Shown here: piece after piece, positions 8,754 to 17,142 of the stretch
How the letters are laid out: each line of letters starts with the position of its first letter
Numbering within the stretch: the first letter of the stretch is position 1
Origin: an uncultured virus (IMG/VR IMGVR_UViG_3300033141_000684)
Taxonomy: Duplodnaviria; Heunggongvirae; Uroviricota; Caudoviricetes
Length of the DNA stretch: 64,000 nt
IMG/VR virus record: IMGVR_UViG_3300033141_000684
Direction: 5' to 3' (one strand)
Made by a program: the position numbers and the translations under genes
The notes under the pieces: model-generated
The model's database searches: none
What the model was told of the DNA's origin: nothing
Seen by the model: only the letters and a program-made list of their open reading frames with translations

Positions 8754-9808
8754 TGGCCGAGCATACCTTCAACGAGCGCATTCTCGACGCGCAGATCAGT
8801 CACCAGATCGGCTTGCTGCGCTTCCGAGAAGGGCTGGCCGATCGAGTGATCGAGCAGCTTGAGCGAGTCGAGAAAGACCTGCGCAAGCAGCTACGCGAGC
8901 GCCTCAGCGCGATCGCAGAGCGGGGCTATGACGTAGGCCCGGCAACGACAAACCGCCTCAGACGGCTCAACGCGGCCGTGAGCGAGACGTTGCACCGGGC
9001 TTATCTCAACATGGGCGACACGCTACGCGCTGAGCTGAATGAGCTGAGCCGCTACGAGGTCGACTTTCAGACCCGACTGATACAGGCGAACACGCCGTTC
9101 GTCGAGCTGGCCTTCGCAATCCCGCCGGCAGACGCGCTCAGGGGCATCGTCACGGCCGAGCCGATGCGGGGCAGGTTCTTGCGCGACTTACTGCGTCAGG
9201 CCGAGCGTGGGGCAATACGGCGCGCTGACGAGGCCATACGGCTCGGCATCATCGAAGGCGAACCGACGCCGGCTATAGTGCGCCGCGTTATGGGTAACGA
9301 AGGGCTAGGCATCGGCAAGCGAGGCGTGCAGGCGCTCGTGCGTACCGCCGTCACGCACACAACGACACGAGCCCGAGAACTGTTCTACGCCGAGAACTCT
9401 GACATCATTGCCGGCGTCATGTGGGTCTCGACGCTCGACAATCGCACGACGCCGATATGCCAGAGACTTGACGGTCAGGTCTTCGAGCCGAAGCAAGGGC
9501 CGAGGCCGCCGGCGCATATCTCTTGCAGATCAGCAACGAGCCCGATACTTGACGGCCAGAATGAGATATTCGGCGACCGGGCCAGTCAGGTCGGGCCGGT
9601 GCCGGCAAAGACGACATACAACGAGTTCTTGAAGCGCCAGCCGGCGAGTTTTCAAGACGAGGTTCTCGGACCTACGCGGGCGAAACTATTCAGGCGAGGC
9701 GGGCTCGATGTTGACCGCTTCGTTGACTTCACTGGTCGGCGCTATTCGCTGGCCGAGCTACGGGTGAGAGAGGCAGCAGCTTTTGAAAGGGCAGGTATCA
9801 CAGACTAA
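8753..9808 (+). CDS. Head morphogenesis / minor capsid protein (SPP1 gp7, Mu F-like)
   Basis: WVSTLDNRTTPICQRLDG...PPAHISCRS. Confidence 0.9.
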   Translation: MAEHTFNERILDAQISHQIGLLRFREGLADRVIEQLERVEKDLRKQLRERLSAIAERGYDVGPATTNRLRRLNAAVSETLHRAYLNMGDTLRAELNELSRYEVDFQTRLIQANTPFVELAFAIPPADALRGIVTAEPMRGRFLRDLLRQAERGAIRRADEAIRLGIIEGEPTPAIVRRVMGNEGLGIGKRGVQALVRTAVTHTTTRARELFYAENSDIIAGVMWVSTLDNRTTPICQRLDGQVFEPKQGPRPPAHISCRSATSPILDGQNEIFGDRASQVGPVPAKTTYNEFLKRQPASFQDEVLGPTRAKLFRRGGLDVDRFVDFTGRRYSLAELRVREAAAFERAGITD

Positions 9809-10028
9809 AGCGGCCGAGTTCGCCGAGATATGCGTCAGCTACGGCGTGCCTCTCGGCCGGTCTAATCTAATTGGTCAGGCGATCGCCGAGGCTGTCGATA
9901 AGCCGTACCGATTCGAGTGCGGGCACTGCGGAAAACCCGAGCGATCGAAAGACCCGAGAGCCGGATATTGCTCTGATTCTTGCCGCACAATGGCCTACTT
10001 ACAACGAAAGAAAGAGGCCGCAGGCTAA
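9783..10028 (+). CDS. Small zinc-finger protein
   Basis: CGHCGK...YCSDSC. Confidence 0.55.
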   Translation: MKGQVSQTKAAEFAEICVSYGVPLGRSNLIGQAIAEAVDKPYRFECGHCGKPERSKDPRAGYCSDSCRTMAYLQRKKEAAG

Positions 10029-10282
10029 GCTGCGGCGTCGGGCCATCGACCCCAGTCTTGCGGATCGGGCCAGCCGATATCTTCTTCGAGACCGTTCTCT
10101 TTGCACACGACCGCCATGTCGAGCAGTCTGACATGTATCGGCCGCAGCTTGCGCCGGGCGCTTCTGAGGTCTCTGAAGCTATAGTATGGGATCGCCATTA
10201 AATCGGCCATCTCTTTGGGGTTGAGGTCAAGCTCTCGCATGTAGTGCGCGATGACCTCGGTCTGCGTTTTCTGTTTTGGCAT
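10025..10282 (-). CDS. Small HTH-like DNA-binding protein, last gene of the antisense island
   Basis: MRELDLNPKEMADLMAIPYYSFRDL fits an XRE-type HTH pattern; GAGGG RBS. Confidence 0.55.
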   Translation of the reverse strand: MPKQKTQTEVIAHYMRELDLNPKEMADLMAIPYYSFRDLRSARRKLRPIHVRLLDMAVVCKENGLEEDIGWPDPQDWGRWPDAAA

Positions 10283-10311
10283 TTTGCCCTCGTCTGTCGT
10301 TGGTTAAAGTT

Positions 10312-10480
10312 TCGGCGGTTGCAGTCAATTCGGCCTTCTCATGAACTTGCCCTATGCAAGCGGCTCGCCGGGGCACTATCATCGTCTGCTATTTCTCGTC
10401 GTCAAGTTTCTCGGGCGCTGCGCTGAGGGGTTTCCGTCTTATGCGCCCTCGAAACTATCGGCTCATCCTGACGCCGCCGA
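10312..10480 (-). ncRNA. Candidate structured RNA / leader upstream of the HTH gene
   Basis: No sizeable ORF on the coding strand; closing stem TCGGCGG/CCGCCGA, inner stems AGTTTC-GA-GGGCGC/GCGCCC-GA-GAAACT and TGCCC/GGGCA. Confidence 0.35.
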
Positions 10481-10508
10481 TCGCCTGGCAAGGAAGTGGC
10501 TAGCCATT

Positions 10509-10856
10509 TCACGATTCGGTTTGCGACCAGAACATACGCTCGCGCTCGGTCGTCAGACTCTCGACAGCCTTGCCGAGAGCGGCAGAGATTCGGTCGAGGT
10601 TAGGCGTGCCGGCGGGCAGAGCGGCAGCGAACTGCAGCTTCATGATCGCGACGTTCACGTCATCCTTCGAGTGCATGGCGAGGTCAACGTCGACCTCGTC
10701 GAGCATTCCCAAGGATTCGTTCAGCTTGCTAACGGTCTCTTGCGCCTCTTTCTTCGAGGCTTCGAGCGCCATGCGCAGAAGATTTACTCGGTCTTTCATG
10801 TCTTTCTTCCCTTCTTGTCTTGCCTCGATCTCGTCGAGGTCGTGAGGCGAGCACAT
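10509..10856 (-). CDS. Hypothetical coiled-coil protein
   Basis: TAATG coupling with the upstream gene. Confidence 0.6.
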   Translation of the reverse strand: MCSPHDLDEIEARQEGKKDMKDRVNLLRMALEASKKEAQETVSKLNESLGMLDEVDVDLAMHSKDDVNVAIMKLQFAAALPAGTPNLDRISAALGKAVESLTTERERMFWSQTES

Positions 10857-11089
10857 TAGGCGCTCACCCCGAATTTTTCTTGAACCCATCGCTCGGCCTG
10901 CTCGCGAGCTTCTTGCTCGGTAAACCAGCCGACGCCGATGGCGTAGTCAATGTCGAGCGCAACGATTCGCACGACGGCGAAGTACTGGGTCTCGACCCTG
11001 CGCTGCACTTTGCGCTTCACTTGCTTGATGAAGACTTCGATGTCTGTCGTCAGCGTGCGCTCAAATGCAGGAAACTCTCTTAATTCCAT
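10856..11089 (-). CDS. Hypothetical protein
   Basis: GGAG RBS before ATG at 11089. Confidence 0.6.
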   Translation of the reverse strand: MELREFPAFERTLTTDIEVFIKQVKRKVQRRVETQYFAVVRIVALDIDYAIGVGWFTEQEAREQAERWVQEKFGVSA

Positions 11090-11122
11090 TGTTATACTCC
11101 CATTTCCTTGTTCAGTTAAAAC

Positions 11123-11224
11123 TGCGGGGTCGGCCACCTTGCTCGCCTCGGGTTCTTTGCCCCTCGGCCCTGCGCGGTGCGGCTCGGGGCTTGCCCCTGG
11201 CCGGTATCTGACAACCGGCCCCGC
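11123..11224 (-). ncRNA. Candidate GC-rich structured RNA directly after promoter copy 2
   Basis: GCGGGGCCGG...CCGACCCCGC closing stem; alternative hairpins GGCCGG/CCGGCC and GGGGC/GCCCC. Confidence 0.35.
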
Positions 11225-11239
11225 TCAATCAATAAAAAC

Positions 11240-11291
11240 ATTGTAAGGCATTGACTCAATAAGTCAATGACGATTGTGAGCATTTTGTGAA
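11240..11291 (-). promoter_or_regulatory. Promoter cassette copy 2
   Basis: TTGACT-16-TACAAT; ggcattgac-N7-gtcaatgac. Confidence 0.8.
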
Positions 11292-11591
11292 TTAGCGCAC
11301 ATTAATGGCGACGCCGTCGCCTTCGTAGATCTCAAGCCAGACGCGAGCGCCGCAGCTCAATTGACCGTCGCCAGCCCATTCAGAGCAGAAGCGGCCGATG
11401 ACCCGGCCGTCGACCGTGATCTCTGCAGACTGGCCTTTGCGGTTGCTGCGGTAGTCTTTGGCTGTCAGCACTGGGAAGATGGCCGACTGATACTCTGAGC
11501 CGCTCAGCTCGCCGTCATCGTGAGCCTTGTCGGTCTTAGTGTTGCGTGCGATGTTCTGCCGGTTGACGTGCACGATTGTCTTGCGTGTCAT
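11292..11591 (-). CDS. Hypothetical phage protein
   Basis: IVHVNRQNI...LSCGARVWLE; ATGA coupling. Confidence 0.65.
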   Translation of the reverse strand: MTRKTIVHVNRQNIARNTKTDKAHDDGELSGSEYQSAIFPVLTAKDYRSNRKGQSAEITVDGRVIGRFCSEWAGDGQLSCGARVWLEIYEGDGVAINVR

Positions 11592-11761
11592 TCGTCTGCC
11601 TCGCTTTCTCTCTTATACTCGGCAGCCCTGCAGCTCAGGCACTCGCCGCACTGGCATCGCTCGCCGTCGGCGACCAGCGCCTCGAAGTGTCGCTTCGACG
11701 TGACCTCGATCACGAGCCCGTCATGCCTGAAGACCGCATACGGCGGTGCTTCGCCGCTCAT
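11588..11761 (-). CDS. 57-aa Cys-cluster protein
   Basis: CQCGECLSC; ATGA overlaps at both ends; not in the ORF track. Confidence 0.55.
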   Translation of the reverse strand: MSGEAPPYAVFRHDGLVIEVTSKRHFEALVADGERCQCGECLSCRAAEYKRESEADE

Positions 11762-11859
11762 CGGTGCTTCACCTTGCGCGTGTACTTCGTGCGGTCCCGC
11801 ATCGGGCCGGCTTTGCGAACAAAGTCGGGCTGCTTGTTTCTGGTTTTCGGTGCCTTCAT
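11758..11859 (-). CDS. 33-aa basic peptide with an ArfA-like C-terminus
   Basis: MKAPKTRNKQPDFVRKAGPMRDRTKYTRKVKHR; GAGG RBS; ATGA coupling. Confidence 0.55.
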   Translation of the reverse strand: MKAPKTRNKQPDFVRKAGPMRDRTKYTRKVKHR

Positions 11860-11861
11860 TT

Positions 11862-12095
11862 TTAGATACCTCGGTAAATTTCTGCGCGTTGCTTGTCGTA
11901 GTATGCCCAGCCCTCTTTGGTCAGGCCCGGCTGAATGTTTGCGTCGTAGCTGTCGCGCTCAGCTTGCTCGGCGACGTCGTAGGCGTCGCAGACCTTGCTG
12001 TCGCCGCCGGTCGCTCGTACTTCGCGGCTCAGTCGAACAACTTCTCGATCGGTTTCGAGGTGCTGGTCGATTTTTGCTTTCATTGCTGCGTTCAT
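11862..12095 (-). CDS. Hypothetical protein, first gene after promoter copy 3
   Basis: ATG at 12095 after the conserved leader. Confidence 0.65.
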   Translation of the reverse strand: MNAAMKAKIDQHLETDREVVRLSREVRATGGDSKVCDAYDVAEQAERDSYDANIQPGLTKEGWAYYDKQRAEIYRGI

Positions 12096-12129
12096 GTTCT
12101 TCTCGTTCGTTGTCTCAATCAATGCAGTA

Positions 12130-12180
12130 ATCATAAGGCATTGACTCATTAAGTCAAGGACTTATTGTAAAAAATTGTGA
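12130..12180 (-). promoter_or_regulatory. Promoter cassette copy 3
   Basis: TTGACT-16-TATGAT; ggcattgac-N7-gtcaaggac; ATTGATTGAGACA leader. Confidence 0.8.
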
Positions 12181-12285
12181 GCCAGTTCAAAAAATCATCG
12201 AGGTGCGGCGCGATCACGAGGCCGTGAAAGATCACGACCCCGATCATGAGCGCGTAAACCAGCGCAAGCCCTCGCGCCTGTTTCA

Positions 12286-12927
12286 TTACAGACGAATCGG
12301 CATGATGACCATCGTCGCGACGCGCTTCGCCTCGGCCCCGAGCAGACGCACCAGCATCGCGCCCGTGCCTCGTGGCGAGATTTCTACGCCGCCTTTCTTG
12401 CCGTCGGTGAGCAGGCTGAAGACCTTGTTCACGTCGGCCAGGTAGGCGGGATTGAACGCGCCCTCACAGACGTCGTTGCCTTCGTCAACGATCTCGCTCG
12501 GAATGATCCGCTGCCAGTCAGGAAAAGCGCCGTCAATCAGCTCGGCCGTGCGAGTAGTGCCGGCATAGCTCACGACGACCGGCTCGCCAGGCTGCTCGAC
12601 TTCGAGCGTGACGATCACGTCGCGGTTTGCCTTCTTGCTCAGGTCGCGGATTGTGTCGGCGTCGAACTGAATGATCAGCCGGTCGCGCTCGTCGCGTGCC
12701 TGGTCAGCCAGGTCGATGAGCGGATTGTAGACGTCGCCGGTCTCGATCGTGGTCAGACGATGGCCGTCGGTCGACACGAGCGTCAGGCCGAAGATGTTGC
12801 CGCCTTCGTCGGTCTGCTTGCCCTTCTCGAACAAGACGCCGTTCAGAAAATAGCGCACGTCTTTCTTCGCCTGGGTTACAGTGGCCGCTGCGATTTTCTC
12901 GGCCGTGGTTCTTATCTTGATGGTCAT
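12286..12927 (-). CDS. Truncated DNA polymerase III beta-clamp-like protein
   Basis: DVRYFLNGV, LVSTDGHRL, LIDGAFPDWQRIIP, FNPAYL, VIMPIRL are DnaN motifs; only 213 aa. Confidence 0.85.
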   Translation of the reverse strand: MTIKIRTTAEKIAAATVTQAKKDVRYFLNGVLFEKGKQTDEGGNIFGLTLVSTDGHRLTTIETGDVYNPLIDLADQARDERDRLIIQFDADTIRDLSKKANRDVIVTLEVEQPGEPVVVSYAGTTRTAELIDGAFPDWQRIIPSEIVDEGNDVCEGAFNPAYLADVNKVFSLLTDGKKGGVEISPRGTGAMLVRLLGAEAKRVATMVIMPIRL

Positions 12928-12931
12928 GAGA

Positions 12932-13255
12932 TTATTCTCCGGTTATTGCAAAGTGACCGCAGTCGCCGCACTCGTATTCTATGCGATCGCCGCGCTCGTT
13001 GGTGTAGTAGCCGCCGGCGTACCAGTTGCCGACCGATCGGCAATGCGGGCAGACGCACGAGCCGACATAGGCTTCGCCGTCGAAGTATATGTCGTAGGTG
13101 TCAGCCCAGACCTTGACCGGCGTGCTGTAGGTGTGAGAATCGAAGCCGAGGCCGTTCTCAAAGCCCGCACAGTAGCCTGGCACTTGCGCCTGGTACTCTG
13201 CGATCGTGCAGCTCTTGCCGTCGGCGTGGTAGCTCTTCATGCGTAACTCGCTCAT
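12932..13255 (-). CDS. Zinc-ribbon protein
   Basis: CPHC...CGDC. Confidence 0.6.
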   Translation of the reverse strand: MSELRMKSYHADGKSCTIAEYQAQVPGYCAGFENGLGFDSHTYSTPVKVWADTYDIYFDGEAYVGSCVCPHCRSVGNWYAGGYYTNERGDRIEYECGDCGHFAITGE

Positions 13256-13265
13256 GCTCGCGCCC

Positions 13266-13481
13266 TTAGATCAAGTTCGCCAGAGAGCCGAGCTTCTTGA
13301 TGCCGTCGAGCGGCAGCCAGACCGGCTGACCGCTTTCGAGCTGGCCATTCGGCATGACTCGACGCAGTTCTGCGCCAGGCATGGGCTCGAAGCTCTCGAC
13401 CGTTCTGAGGCCGACGACCTCAAACTCTGCCGTGATATTGTCTGCGATCACTCTGTCGCCTACGTTCAATTCGATATTCAT
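13266..13481 (-). CDS. Hypothetical small protein
   Basis: Tightly packed ORF. Confidence 0.55.
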   Translation of the reverse strand: MNIELNVGDRVIADNITAEFEVVGLRTVESFEPMPGAELRRVMPNGQLESGQPVWLPLDGIKKLGSLANLI

Positions 13482-13482
13482 A

Positions 13483-13671
13483 CTAAAAGCCCTCAACGTC
13501 GAATGGTTTCATGTCAGGTTCTACGCTCATGTCTTCGCTGATCTGCTCAAAACCGTGAGCGCCTGCGATTATGATCTTCGAGCGGTCGGCGCATTCTAGG
13601 TCGGTTCGACGATAGTGCACGCCATTCCAGTAGAAGCCTTCTCCAATAGCAATTTGCTTTAATGTTTTCAT
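13483..13671 (-). CDS. Hypothetical small protein after promoter copy 4
   Basis: GCAGGAAA RBS. Confidence 0.6.
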   Translation of the reverse strand: MKTLKQIAIGEGFYWNGVHYRRTDLECADRSKIIIAGAHGFEQISEDMSVEPDMKPFDVEGF

Positions 13672-13708
13672 GATTTCCTGCCTTGTTGTTGTCTCAATCA
13701 ATGAAGCT

Positions 13709-13761
13709 ATCATGCGTCATTGACTCACTAAGGTCAATGCCTTTTTGTAATTTTTTTGTGA
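13709..13761 (-). promoter_or_regulatory. Promoter cassette copy 4
   Basis: TTGACC-17-CATGAT; gtcattgac-N8-gtcaatgcc; conserved leader. Confidence 0.75.
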
Positions 13762-13890
13762 GGCCGGTCTCATATCGACGACTCTCGTGATTCCGGCGCG
13801 GTCGAGATGAATCAAAAGCTCGCACGCCCGAATCGTCGGGTCTTCTTTGAGCATGCGCTCGCGCTTGAATTTTGCGGCGTAGTAGTTCAT
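13717..13890 (-). CDS. Hypothetical small protein
   Basis: GGAG RBS before ATG at 13890. Confidence 0.5.
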   Translation of the reverse strand: MNYYAAKFKRERMLKEDPTIRACELLIHLDRAGITRVVDMRPASQKNYKKALTLVSQ

Positions 13891-13895
13891 GCGTT

Positions 13896-14120
13896 CTATG
13901 CTCCCTTGTATTCGTTGCCGATAAGCTGGCGAACTTCGCCTCGCTTGGTCAAGACTGTCGCGTTGCCTAGTTCGTCCCATGCGACGACGCGGTAGTCGTT
14001 CTTCTTGGTGCGCAGCTCTCTGGCCTTGTGGGCTCTCGCGTTCTTGACGCCGCGCACTTGAATGCGCACGAAGCCGTTGCCGCGCACGCCTTCGATGAAT
14101 TTCGCAATGCTGGTTCTCAT
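13896..14120 (-). CDS. Hypothetical basic protein
   Basis: GGAGG RBS before ATG at 14120. Confidence 0.6.
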   Translation of the reverse strand: MRTSIAKFIEGVRGNGFVRIQVRGVKNARAHKARELRTKKNDYRVVAWDELGNATVLTKRGEVRQLIGNEYKGA

Positions 14121-14122
14121 GT

Positions 14123-14314
14123 CTATACCTCCTTGCTGTAAACGATGCCGTTGACGAGGTCGTACTCGTAAGGGCCGCCGGCCTGGTAGGCTGCGTCGCC
14201 TATGCCGGGGTGAGCCTCTTCGAAAGCCTCGACCGCGTCGACGTTGGCTTCGGTGGAGTTCTTCAGGTACGCGGCGACAAGCGCCAGGTATTCGTTGATG
14301 ATTGCTTCGTTCAT
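14123..14314 (-). CDS. Small acidic protein
   Basis: 63 aa, acidic. Confidence 0.6.
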   Translation of the reverse strand: MNEAIINEYLALVAAYLKNSTEANVDAVEAFEEAHPGIGDAAYQAGGPYEYDLVNGIVYSKEV

Positions 14315-14316
14315 GT

Positions 14317-14481
14317 TTATGCCGCCTTTTCGATAAGTTCAATTTTGCCTTCGATCTTCGCGATCTTTGCTTCGAGCTTCATGAGCGCGTCGAGTCGCTC
14401 TGCAGACTTCGGCGCGAACCATACGTTCTCCCATTCAGAGTAGAGTGCTTCGCGTTCTGTCTTGAGTTCGTTGATGTTCAT
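14317..14481 (-). CDS. Small coiled-coil protein after promoter copy 5
   Basis: GCAGGAAA RBS. Confidence 0.6.
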   Translation of the reverse strand: MNINELKTEREALYSEWENVWFAPKSAERLDALMKLEAKIAKIEGKIELIEKAA

Positions 14482-14521
14482 GTTCTCGTTTCCTGCGTCG
14501 TTGTTCTCAATCAATGAAGAC

Positions 14522-14562
14522 ATTATACACTGGCGGCATAATGAGTCAATGCCTTTTTGTAT
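14522..14562 (-). promoter_or_regulatory. Promoter cassette copy 5
   Basis: TTGACT-16-TATAAT; single box gtcaatgcc. Confidence 0.8.
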
Positions 14563-14796
14563 TTATTTTTGACTGAGTTCACGTTTCAGGCGTGCGACCT
14601 CAAGAGTGAGGTGTTCGATGCGGTGCTCGTAATCTTTGAATGCCTGCGCCGTGTTGAGGTGAGCCCGGTCGACCTCGCGCCGCATTGATTCGAGCATCAT
14701 ATCAGCCTTGACCTCGTGCGGCTTTGGCAAGTCGTCAGGGTCGACGACGATGAGACTCAGCCGGGCGGCCAGCCATTCGACTAGCCGCCTCAGCAT
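14563..14796 (-). CDS. Hypothetical protein
   Basis: ORF in the operon. Confidence 0.55.
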   Translation of the reverse strand: MLRRLVEWLAARLSLIVVDPDDLPKPHEVKADMMLESMRREVDRAHLNTAQAFKDYEHRIEHLTLEVARLKRELSQK

Positions 14797-14803
14797 GTCG
14801 CAC

Positions 14804-15241
14804 CTATCGCTTCTCGATCAGATGCACAGCACAGACCCGGCAGCGCCGGCCTTTCGCCTGGCGTATCGTGACGATCTCCCGGTGCAGGCTGTCGGCGAGC
14901 TTGATGCCTCGCACGACTAGCCAGTGACCAGTGACTTCGACTAGGTACGTTGCGGTGCGGTCTTTCCGTTCTCTTAACCATTTAGCAAGTGTAGGCCGGC
15001 CGCCTCGATTGATTCGTTGATACAAGTCACAATCGAAGCCGAGAACATCTAAAGCGTGAACTACTTCGCTCGTGTAGGTTCCGCGCACTGGCGTCGCGTA
15101 CCCGTTGCGCAGTAGCCGCCGCCGTCGAATGATGCTCGCAGCGTCATCGGTCGTAACGCCGGCAATGGTCGCTATCGCAGCCGGGCCGCAGTAGCTATTC
15201 TTGCCGACGATCGGCTTGAGTGGTGGCGTCGTGTAGCTCAT
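14804..15241 (-). CDS. Papain/C39-peptidase-like protein
   Basis: YCGPAAIA (Cys), GHWLVV (His), ADS (Asp). Confidence 0.5.
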   Translation of the reverse strand: MSYTTPPLKPIVGKNSYCGPAAIATIAGVTTDDAASIIRRRRLLRNGYATPVRGTYTSEVVHALDVLGFDCDLYQRINRGGRPTLAKWLRERKDRTATYLVEVTGHWLVVRGIKLADSLHREIVTIRQAKGRRCRVCAVHLIEKR

Positions 15242-15474
15242 GATGCGCGCCTCGCGTCGAGCCATTCGCCGACCGTCGAGTCGCACTTGTCGAGGTCGTC
15301 GAGCAGGTCTTGCCAGTCGGTCAGAGACCAGTCTACACGGCCGCCAGATGCGAGCGTGAAGATCGCGTCGACTAGCTCGCCCTCGGGGCTCTCGCCAGCG
15401 ATGACGCGGCGCACGAGCCGCCTGCGGTGCTTCGGGTCGTCGATGTCAAACTTCGGCTCGATCATGCGAATCAC
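15238..15474 (-). CDS. Hypothetical protein
   Basis: 4-nt overlaps on both sides. Confidence 0.55.
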   Translation of the reverse strand: MIRMIEPKFDIDDPKHRRRLVRRVIAGESPEGELVDAIFTLASGGRVDWSLTDWQDLLDDLDKCDSTVGEWLDARRAS

Positions 15475-15689
15475 TCCCCGTTACTGAGCTGTCCGAGCAG
15501 CTTGTCGGACCAGCCGAACATGCTCGCGGTCGTGGCGACTTCGAGGTCGCGCTCGGTGTTGCTGTTGACCCGATTGACAGTCTCGGCCGTCTTGTCGTCT
15601 TGCGGGAAGTCGAAGAAGCCCTCGACGCCTTGCACGAGCTTGACGAGCTTGCCGTCTACCGGGTGCGTTACCACGAATTCTCTGTTCAT
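15471..15689 (-). CDS. Hypothetical protein
   Basis: GAGG RBS. Confidence 0.6.
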   Translation of the reverse strand: MNREFVVTHPVDGKLVKLVQGVEGFFDFPQDDKTAETVNRVNSNTERDLEVATTASMFGWSDKLLGQLSNGE

Positions 15690-15748
15690 TATGTTTTACC
15701 TCGTTTTTGTGGTTTGGTGGGCCGGAAAGCCGGCCCGTCTCCCCTGGC

Positions 15749-15991
15749 CTATACGGCCAGGGCTTGCGCCAGGTGGCGAAAGAAGTGGCGAATGTCGCCG
15801 TTAGCGAAGTCGATCTTGACGAGCGTCGTCTTGATGGCGTCGCGCTCGTGCTTCGGAGCTTGCTTGATCGCGTCGATGATCATGCCGTACTCGAAAGAGT
15901 TCGCGCCGCTCGGGCCTTCGACTTCGAACCGCTGCTCGCGGTCAATTTGCTTTTCGGTGATGAGCGTGTCGATCCAAGTGTTGAAGTTCAT
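15749..15991 (-). CDS. Hypothetical protein after promoter copy 6
   Basis: GCAGGAAA RBS; followed by a GC hairpin at ~15719-15736. Confidence 0.7.
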   Translation of the reverse strand: MNFNTWIDTLITEKQIDREQRFEVEGPSGANSFEYGMIIDAIKQAPKHERDAIKTTLVKIDFANGDIRHFFRHLAQALAV

Positions 15992-16027
15992 TTTTTGTTT
16001 TCCTGCGTTGTCTCAATCAATGCAAGC

Positions 16028-16080
16028 ATTATAAGGCAATGACGCAGAGAGTCAATGACTTATTGTGAGTTTTTTGTGAA
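16028..16080 (-). promoter_or_regulatory. Promoter cassette copy 6
   Basis: TTGACT-16-TATAAT; ggcaatgac-N7-gtcaatgac. Confidence 0.85.
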
Positions 16081-16263
16081 CTATCGCACACTTTCGAGAT
16101 GCTTTCCGTCGACGATCTCGCCAGGCATTGCCGGCAGATTGCGCCCGCGACGCTCTGCCCATTCGACCCGGTAGCCGGCCGGCGTGCGCCCGCTTATGCG
16201 GCCGACCCAGCCCGAGCGACTATCTCGCACGATCTGGCCGATTCTGAATGCCTGGCCGCGCAC
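16081..16263 (-). CDS. Small SH3-like beta protein
   Basis: FRIGQIV...GWVGRI...YRVEW. Confidence 0.5.
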   Translation of the reverse strand: MRGQAFRIGQIVRDSRSGWVGRISGRTPAGYRVEWAERRGRNLPAMPGEIVDGKHLESVR

Positions 16264-16496
16264 TAGCCGAACTCACCAGCCGCGTCGAGCGCGTGAAAGC
16301 ACTGCTCGCAGTAGTCGGTGCCGTCGACTAGCTCGTCGAACGTCTCGCCGCACTCGTCGCACTCTAGCGCGTTGTCGATGTCGTAGCTGCCGCAGTATGG
16401 GCAGGTTCCCAGAACCTCGCCGTGAGGCTCTCGAACGCCGACGACTTCGAGGTCGCTGAAGACGGCGTCGCAGCCGGTGCAGATTAGGCGGCTCAT
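16263..16496 (-). CDS. Acidic multi-CxxC zinc-binding protein
   Basis: Four CxxC pairs in 77 aa. Confidence 0.6.
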   Translation of the reverse strand: MSRLICTGCDAVFSDLEVVGVREPHGEVLGTCPYCGSYDIDNALECDECGETFDELVDGTDYCEQCFHALDAAGEFG

Positions 16497-16711
16497 GAGA
16501 GCGCCGCCTTGACCGCCATGACGCGGCCTTCCCAGCCGGCCTTGGCCAGCTTGACCGCCAGCAGAACCGCAGAGCGGCGCGGCACGACGCCAAACTCGTC
16601 GCGTGCGTACTCGTTGGCAGCCACACGAGCCTGGTGCCAGTCGGCAACCATCTCGTAAGAAGTGAGGGCCGCGTCGGCCATCTCGTGAATTTGTTCGTTG
16701 CTCAGATACAT
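16493..16711 (-). CDS. Hypothetical protein after promoter copy 7
   Basis: GCAGGAA RBS. Confidence 0.65.
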   Translation of the reverse strand: MYLSNEQIHEMADAALTSYEMVADWHQARVAANEYARDEFGVVPRRSAVLLAVKLAKAGWEGRVMAVKAALS

Positions 16712-16745
16712 GTTTTTGATTCCTGCTTCGTTGTTTATGGTGTTC

Positions 16746-16797
16746 ATTATACGGCAATGACTTAATGTGTCAATGCCTTTTTGTAAGAAAATGTGAA
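16746..16797 (-). promoter_or_regulatory. Promoter cassette copy 7
   Basis: TTGACA-16-TATAAT; ggcaatgac-N7-gtcaatgcc. Confidence 0.9.
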
Positions 16798-16806
16798 CCA
16801 GTTCTC

Positions 16807-17100
16807 TCAGATCAGGTGAGTGAAAAGAGCGCCGCGCTCTTCGCGTGCCCAGATGCTCTTGATGTCCCATTTTTCGACGACCGGCTCGCCGGCATCGTCT
16901 TCGTCGACCACGATATACGCGACCGTCTTGAGCACGCGCCCGAAGCGAGTGTCTTCGTGCGGGCCGACGAAAATCTCGTGCGGCATGTCAGAGAGGTCGG
17001 GTCGCGTGTTCACGCGATACTCGAAATAATTGCCGACCTCGCGCTCTTCGAATTGCCCTGCGATGGTCTGGTAGTCGGTCTGCGGTGAAGACATTGCCAT
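16807..17100 (-). CDS. Hypothetical acidic protein (single-gene cassette)
   Basis: Lies between promoter copies 8 and 7. Confidence 0.65.
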   Translation of the reverse strand: MAMSSPQTDYQTIAGQFEEREVGNYFEYRVNTRPDLSDMPHEIFVGPHEDTRFGRVLKTVAYIVVDEDDAGEPVVEKWDIKSIWAREERGALFTHLI

Positions 17101-17142
17101 TATCGGCCCCTTGTGTTGTTGGTGTCTCGATTCAATGAAGAC

